From Bacteroidota bacterium (lineage in GTDB: Bacteria > Bacteroidota > Bacteroidia > Chitinophagales > LD1), in NCBI GenBank assembly GCA_947475165.1, contig CANJLD010000014.1, forward strand, positions 18,519 through 82,518: DNA of 64,000 nucleotides, read 5' to 3'. Position 1 is the stretch's first letter, and every line of letters begins with the position of its first letter. Shown here one piece after another: positions 59,077 to 64,000 of the stretch. Position numbers and translations under genes: made by a program. Under the pieces are notes generated by a model. It ran no database searches, was not told where the DNA came from, and saw only the letters and a program-made list of their open reading frames with translations.

Positions 59077-60333
59077 TTATCGCATCATATCAAAGCGTTG
59101 AGTATCGAGCCTAATGAAAATAAAAAGAAGCACTGTGAACGAAAGCAAAGCCGAGCCGCCATAACTGATAAACGGTAGCGGAATACCGATAACCGGTGCC
59201 ACACCGATCACCATTCCTACGTTGATGAGAAAGTGAAAGAATAGAATACAGGCTACACAATAACCATACACCCTACTGAATTTTGAACGCTGCCGCTCTG
59301 CCAAAAAAAGCAATCGAAAGAACAAGCCAACAAAAAGTAAAATGATAAATGCACTTCCGAGAAATCCGAATTCTTCGCCCAATGAACTAAAAATAAAATC
59401 GGTGCTTTGCTCAGGAACAAATTTCAATTTTGTTTGAGTGCCTTGCAAATATCCTTTGCCAATAATTCCACCGGAGCCGATAGCGATAATTGATTGTTTA
59501 ATGTTCCAATCTTTTCCTTCCTGCACTTGTCTGCCAAGCAAAACGTTGATGCGGTCTTGTTGGTGCGGTTTCATTTTATTGAAAGCATAATCGACCGAAA
59601 AAATATACCCGGAAGCAAGAAGCCAAATACCCAACAAATACCAAATCATTTTTTTGTTCCTGCGTGAAAAATAAATGACGATGAGTGCAATACTGAGCAA
59701 TACTCCAACCAAAATATATTTTGAAATAATGAGCGCAAAAATTCCCAGCACAACAACAGATGCACCAATAATCAAAAAATAACTTTCCAATCCTTCGCGA
59801 AATAAAACCAATGAGAGCGCAAGAAACACAATGGCTGAACCGGCATCGCCCTGTATAAGTACAATGCCCATTGGAACAACAATGAACAAAGCGGCTTTCC
59901 ATTTATCTTTCCATTTGCGAATGTCAACGCTCAAACCGCTCATGAATTTGGCAAGTGCCAAACTCACTCCAAACTTTGCGAACTCCGAAGGCTGCATAGT
60001 AAACGAGCCTATACGAATCCAATTTTTCTGATTGTGAATTGAAACACCAATAAACATAACGGAGATAACAAGCAAAAGCACAGCAACTAAAATCGGATAG
60101 GAGAGCGTTACATAAAGCCTCGAATCGAGCAACAAGATAATGAAAGCAACTACCACGCACGCAATCATCCATTGAAATTGTTTGCCGCTCGGAATACTGG
60201 AATCGAAAATACTTTTCTCCGTTCCGCCCGATGATGCCGAATAAATAATGAACCAACCAAAAATGGCAAGTATGGCATACAGAATTACTGTGAGCCAATC
60301 TATCTTATCGGTAAGCGATTCTTGTTTGCGCAT
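59077..60333 (-). CDS. rodA: Rod shape-determining SEDS protein RodA
   Basis: QPSEFAK, IAIGSGG, PEQSTDFIFS, PVIGIPLPFISYGGS. Confidence 0.95.
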   Translation of the reverse strand: MRKQESLTDKIDWLTVILYAILAIFGWFIIYSASSGGTEKSIFDSSIPSGKQFQWMIACVVVAFIILLLDSRLYVTLSYPILVAVLLLVISVMFIGVSIHNQKNWIRIGSFTMQPSEFAKFGVSLALAKFMSGLSVDIRKWKDKWKAALFIVVPMGIVLIQGDAGSAIVFLALSLVLFREGLESYFLIIGASVVVLGIFALIISKYILVGVLLSIALIVIYFSRRNKKMIWYLLGIWLLASGYIFSVDYAFNKMKPHQQDRINVLLGRQVQEGKDWNIKQSIIAIGSGGIIGKGYLQGTQTKLKFVPEQSTDFIFSSLGEEFGFLGSAFIILLFVGLFFRLLFLAERQRSKFSRVYGYCVACILFFHFLINVGMVIGVAPVIGIPLPFISYGGSALLSFTVLLFIFIRLDTQRFDMMR

Positions 60334-60339
60334 TTAAAA

Positions 60340-60420
60340 TTCAAGATTGAAGATTGGAGATCGAAGATTGAAATGCAGACCGACTTTTTCAATATTCAAT
60401 CTTCAACCTTAATTTTTCAA
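60340..60420. repeat. Inverted pair of heptamer arrays (TTGAAGA / TCTTCAA) between mrdA and rodA
   Basis: ttcaaga/ttgaaga/ttggaga/tcgaaga/ttgaaat ... ttttcaa/tattcaa/tcttcaa/ccttaat/ttttcaa. Confidence 0.7.
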
Positions 60421-60423
60421 TTC

Positions 60424-62325
60424 TTATTCCTCTCCTCCCACAGCCATACCTGCACTCTTATTTGTTTTCACTCCATACTTACTCAGCAAGTTTGCTTCTA
60501 TCATTCTCTTTTCCATATCTATTCTCTTGGCCGAAATAGTATCATTCAAATATTTTTCCACTAATAAACTTGCAATAGGTGCCGCATAAGTGGAACCGTA
60601 ACCACCATTTTCAACCACCACTGCAATCGCAATTTTAGGTGCATCTTTAGGCGCAAAGCCTGCAAACATAGAGTGATTGTCTCCATGTGGATTTTGGGCG
60701 GTTCCTGTTTTTCCGCACATCGTAATTCCTTCTACACGGGCAGATTTTGCTGTGCCCATTTCCACTACCTGAAATAATCCTTCAATCACCGGAACAAAAT
60801 GTTCTTTATCAATCAGCGCAATATGTTTTTCGTATTGATGAGTTACATCTTTGTTAGTTACCGGATCGGTTATCCTTTTTACAATGTGGGGCGTAATCCA
60901 ATAACCAAGGTTCGAAATACAGGCAAAAATATTTGCCATTTGTAACGGTGTAGTTAACACTTCGCCTTGCCCAATTCCCAAAGAAATTATTGTAGCAAAT
61001 TTCCATCTGTCTTCACCATAAATTTTATTGAAATAATTTACGGTCGGAATATTTCCGCGCACTTCACTCGGCAAATCAATTCCGGTTTTCATACCAAGTC
61101 CGAAACTGTTGCAGATTTTCACCCATTTATCATATGCCTGAGCAGTACTCATTCCCGCATTTTTCTCCAACGAGTTTCTGAATGTTTGACAGAAATATGG
61201 GTTACACGACTGCGCTAAAGCATATTGAAGATTGGTTGGTGAAGGATGCGGATGCGAGCAATGAACAATTACACCGCTGGCATTATATGCCTGATTACAC
61301 GGATAACCATAATCAACTCCTTGCACACCTTCCTGCAAAGCAATTAATGCGACAATAGGTTTGAATGACGAACCGGGTGGATAAGTTGCAAGTGTTGGTC
61401 GTGAATAGAGCGGAAGCAATGAATCGGTAAGTAGTGCATTGAAATTTTTACCGCGTACTGCGCCACATAATAAATTAGGGTCGTAGCCGGGGCTACTCAC
61501 CAGCGCAAGTATTTCACCGGTTGATGGTTCAATGGCAACGATGCTTCCTTTTTTATTCTGCATCAACTTTTCGGCATACTCCTGCAACTTTATGTTGAGC
61601 GTGGCAACCACATTATCTCCTGAAATTGCGAGCGTATCAAATTCCCCTCCACCAAAACTTCCCACATCGCGACCGTTTACATCGAAAAACGAAAGTTTCT
61701 TTCCGCGCTTGCCACCCAATTCTTTTTCATAAACTTTTTCAACGCCACTCTTGCCTACATAATCACCAGGTTTGTAATAGCCATTCGATTTTTCAATTTG
61801 CTTATCATCTACTTCACCAATATCTCCAAGAATAGTAGCAGCAACACGGTGCGGATACTTTCGAATAGTTCTAACTTGCCCGTAAAATCCGGGAAACAGA
61901 TACATATATTCCTGCAAGCGCGAATAATCTTTCAGCGACAGTTGCTTTGCAAAAACATTGGGAATACGTACGTATCCTTTTTGCTTTTTCATTTTCTCGA
62001 ACCGGTCGAGCACTTCTTCTTTTGTAATGCTTAGTAGTTCGCACATTTTCAGTGTGTCAAACCCTTTCGCTTTTTTAGTTTCATAAGGCGTTACCATTAA
62101 ATCGTAAATCGCTTCATTAAAAACTATTAGTTCACCATTGCGGTCGTAAATCATTCCGCGCGTTGGATATACATCTAATTCTTTAATCGCGTTGTTATTA
62201 GCAAGAGTCACATACTTAGTGCTAAGCACTTGCAGATAGAACAAACGCAGAATAAAAATCAACGCAAAACTTACGATGATAATTCGGATAACCTGATAGC
62301 GGTTTTTAAAAAGGTCTTTGGTCAC
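60424..62325 (-). CDS. mrdA: Penicillin-binding protein 2
   Basis: RGMIYDRNG, YPPGSSFK (SxxK), SCN, KTGTAQ; between mreD and rodA. Confidence 0.95.
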   Translation of the reverse strand: MTKDLFKNRYQVIRIIIVSFALIFILRLFYLQVLSTKYVTLANNNAIKELDVYPTRGMIYDRNGELIVFNEAIYDLMVTPYETKKAKGFDTLKMCELLSITKEEVLDRFEKMKKQKGYVRIPNVFAKQLSLKDYSRLQEYMYLFPGFYGQVRTIRKYPHRVAATILGDIGEVDDKQIEKSNGYYKPGDYVGKSGVEKVYEKELGGKRGKKLSFFDVNGRDVGSFGGGEFDTLAISGDNVVATLNIKLQEYAEKLMQNKKGSIVAIEPSTGEILALVSSPGYDPNLLCGAVRGKNFNALLTDSLLPLYSRPTLATYPPGSSFKPIVALIALQEGVQGVDYGYPCNQAYNASGVIVHCSHPHPSPTNLQYALAQSCNPYFCQTFRNSLEKNAGMSTAQAYDKWVKICNSFGLGMKTGIDLPSEVRGNIPTVNYFNKIYGEDRWKFATIISLGIGQGEVLTTPLQMANIFACISNLGYWITPHIVKRITDPVTNKDVTHQYEKHIALIDKEHFVPVIEGLFQVVEMGTAKSARVEGITMCGKTGTAQNPHGDNHSMFAGFAPKDAPKIAIAVVVENGGYGSTYAAPIASLLVEKYLNDTISAKRIDMEKRMIEANLLSKYGVKTNKSAGMAVGGEE

Positions 62326-62340
62326 AAGGCAATTGAGAGG

Positions 62341-62862
62341 TTATGCGAATCTTCTCTTCTTCCGCGCGGAAAACAGAAAAAGAAAAATAAGCATGAAGGT
62401 AACGGAAACTAAAACGCTGAGAAATATTTTAACGAGCAGTAAAAAGAAATTCAGAAAAGTGGCAGCTTCTACCAAGAAATAAAATGTGAGATAAATAAAC
62501 ATAGTAAAGCCGAGATAAACAACAAACCAGGCAATGCCCTGCGCATAAACATTCGGACTTATTTCAAACTCCGTTCCTTTTGGCGTAATTACGTTAATGA
62601 GAAGCGGACGCAAATATGCAATGAGCAAACATGCGGCTGCGTGCATGCCAACTGAGCCAAGAAAAAAATCGAGCGCAAGCCCTGCTGAAAAACCAATAAG
62701 CATCAACAACCATCTTGGGGTTTCGAAAGGGAGCAACAAAATGAAAAGCGGAAAAATATATGGGTTGATGAACGAACTGAAATTGATGTGACTGAAAATG
62801 AGAATCTGCACCAACAACAATAAGAGAAGACGAAAAAGATTTACAGGAATTTGACTAATCAT
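62341..62862 (-). CDS. mreD: Rod shape-determining protein MreD
   Basis: PYIFPLFILLLPF, GLALDFF...GMHAAA; upstream of mrdA. Confidence 0.85.
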   Translation of the reverse strand: MISQIPVNLFRLLLLLLVQILIFSHINFSSFINPYIFPLFILLLPFETPRWLLMLIGFSAGLALDFFLGSVGMHAAACLLIAYLRPLLINVITPKGTEFEISPNVYAQGIAWFVVYLGFTMFIYLTFYFLVEAATFLNFFLLLVKIFLSVLVSVTFMLIFLFLFSARKKRRFA

Positions 62863-62872
62863 AACAGGCAGG

Positions 62873-62881
62873 GCGAAAGTA
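62873..62881 (-). promoter_or_regulatory. Putative Bacteroidota -7 promoter element for mreD
   Basis: Minus strand reads TACTTTCGC about 10 nt before the mreD ATG. Confidence 0.4.
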
Positions 62882-62942
62882 AAAGAATTTAGAGGGAAAG
62901 AAATTTTAGCGTCTGTTCAATTAAACGGAAGTGTGGAAATTT

Positions 62943-64000
62943 TTATTGCGGAACAAGCTGATATGCGACAGAACGATTCTGCTGCTGCAATCCCTCCGGA
63001 CAATTCAGATTTACACAACCGTTACGCGAAATTGAAGTGCCATAATAAACCGATTTCACCTGATCAATAGGAACTCCGTTATCAATAAAAAAGCGCAACA
63101 CAGCATCGGATCGCTGAAGCGAAATTTGGCGCGAATTGCTTTCGTCCTGAGAAGCAAAAGCATAAATATTTACTACCAGCAATGGTTCTTTAAGCAACCT
63201 TTGTGATACTTGTTTTAGCTCTGCTTTAGCAATGGCAGAAAGCACAAATTCATTTCTGCCAAAAAGTACGGCCGGCAAGTTGCCATAATCCGGCTGCGTT
63301 GTATCTACAGTTTTTTTGTCTTTAACTTTTACATTGAGTTCCGCTTGTTTCTTTTCTTCTTTTACTCGCTGTGCTTCTGCCTGTGCCTTAGCTTCCGAGT
63401 CCGCTTTTTGTTGCGCCATCAAAGCTTCCTGTGCCTTTGCTATGGAATCTTGTTTCTGTTTTTCTTTCGCTTTTGCCCTCAACTCTAATTCAGCTTTTGC
63501 ATTTGCTTCCTGCTCTTGCTGCCTGCTCAAATTTTCCCCACGTGCTTTTTGTTCTGCTTCCGCTATTTCTTTGATGCGTTTCTCCTGCGTTTCTTTCTGT
63601 TCCAATTCAGCCAACTCTCTCGCCATGCGTACTTTCTCTACTTGAATTTTTGCAATAGAATCTTCCATTGCTTTTTTATCCGCAGATGCCTGCAATTCTT
63701 CTGCCTTCTTTTTCTCCGCTAATTCCTTCGTTGTTTTTTCCTGCACCAAAACTTTCGCTATGGAGTCTTCGCGAGCCTTCCGTTTTGTTTCGGCAAGTTC
63801 AGTTGATACTTTATCCAGTTCCGCCTTTGCATTTGCCAGCGATTCCGCTAATGCTTTTCTTTCCTTTTCACTCTTAGCGGTAGTTATAGAATCCTGCATA
63901 GCTTTAGCAATAAGGCGATTCATCTCTTCTTCCTGTTTCTTTTGTTCTGCTGCTTCACGGGCAATTTTTTCCTTCTCAGCCTTCACCAGAACAATCGAAT
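62943..64000 (-). CDS. OmpA-like C-terminal domain protein with long Ala/Lys/Glu coiled-coil; 5' end outside window
   Basis: VLFGRNEF..., ISLQRSDAVLRFFIDNGV, QNRSV; repeated xxDSIAK motifs. Confidence 0.7.
   Translation of the reverse strand, partial: SIVLVKAEKEKIAREAAEQKKQEEEMNRLIAKAMQDSITTAKSEKERKALAESLANAKAELDKVSTELAETKRKAREDSIAKVLVQEKTTKELAEKKKAEELQASADKKAMEDSIAKIQVEKVRMARELAELEQKETQEKRIKEIAEAEQKARGENLSRQQEQEANAKAELELRAKAKEKQKQDSIAKAQEALMAQQKADSEAKAQAEAQRVKEEKKQAELNVKVKDKKTVDTTQPDYGNLPAVLFGRNEFVLSAIAKAELKQVSQRLLKEPLLVVNIYAFASQDESNSRQISLQRSDAVLRFFIDNGVPIDQVKSVYYGTSISRNGCVNLNCPEGLQQQNRSVAYQLVPQ

Overview
A gene-dense, AT-rich bacterial chromosome segment from a Bacteroidota organism. The lineage is indicated by gldE/gldD, porZ, several T9SS C-terminal sorting domains, TAnnTTTG-type promoters and the DUF4271-hemD and porZ-recO gene orders. 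Most of the window is housekeeping: hemW, purH, lpxD, gcvT, metB-like, fahA, lysS, comEC, comF, recO, recR, polA, tag and mreD-mrdA-rodA. I found no rRNA, tRNA, CRISPR array, intact transposase or integrase. All product calls come from motif recognition, not database searches. Main anomalies: (1) a 26-aa histone-like Lys/Ala ORF ends in a slippery A9-G run plus stop, and its -1 frame runs directly into hemD. (2) A TIGR02757-family gene has its middle replaced by a ~290-bp antisense fragment resembling the tail of a large serine recombinase. (3) A divergent hypothetical/XRE module carries a 21-bp phased AT-rich array and a 12-bp palindromic tandem array. (4) An ethanolamine permease is paired with a GS-like ligase, suggesting a gamma-glutamylation route. 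(5) An LRR gene is extremely C-skewed. (6) Heptamer repeats have invaded coding sequence.
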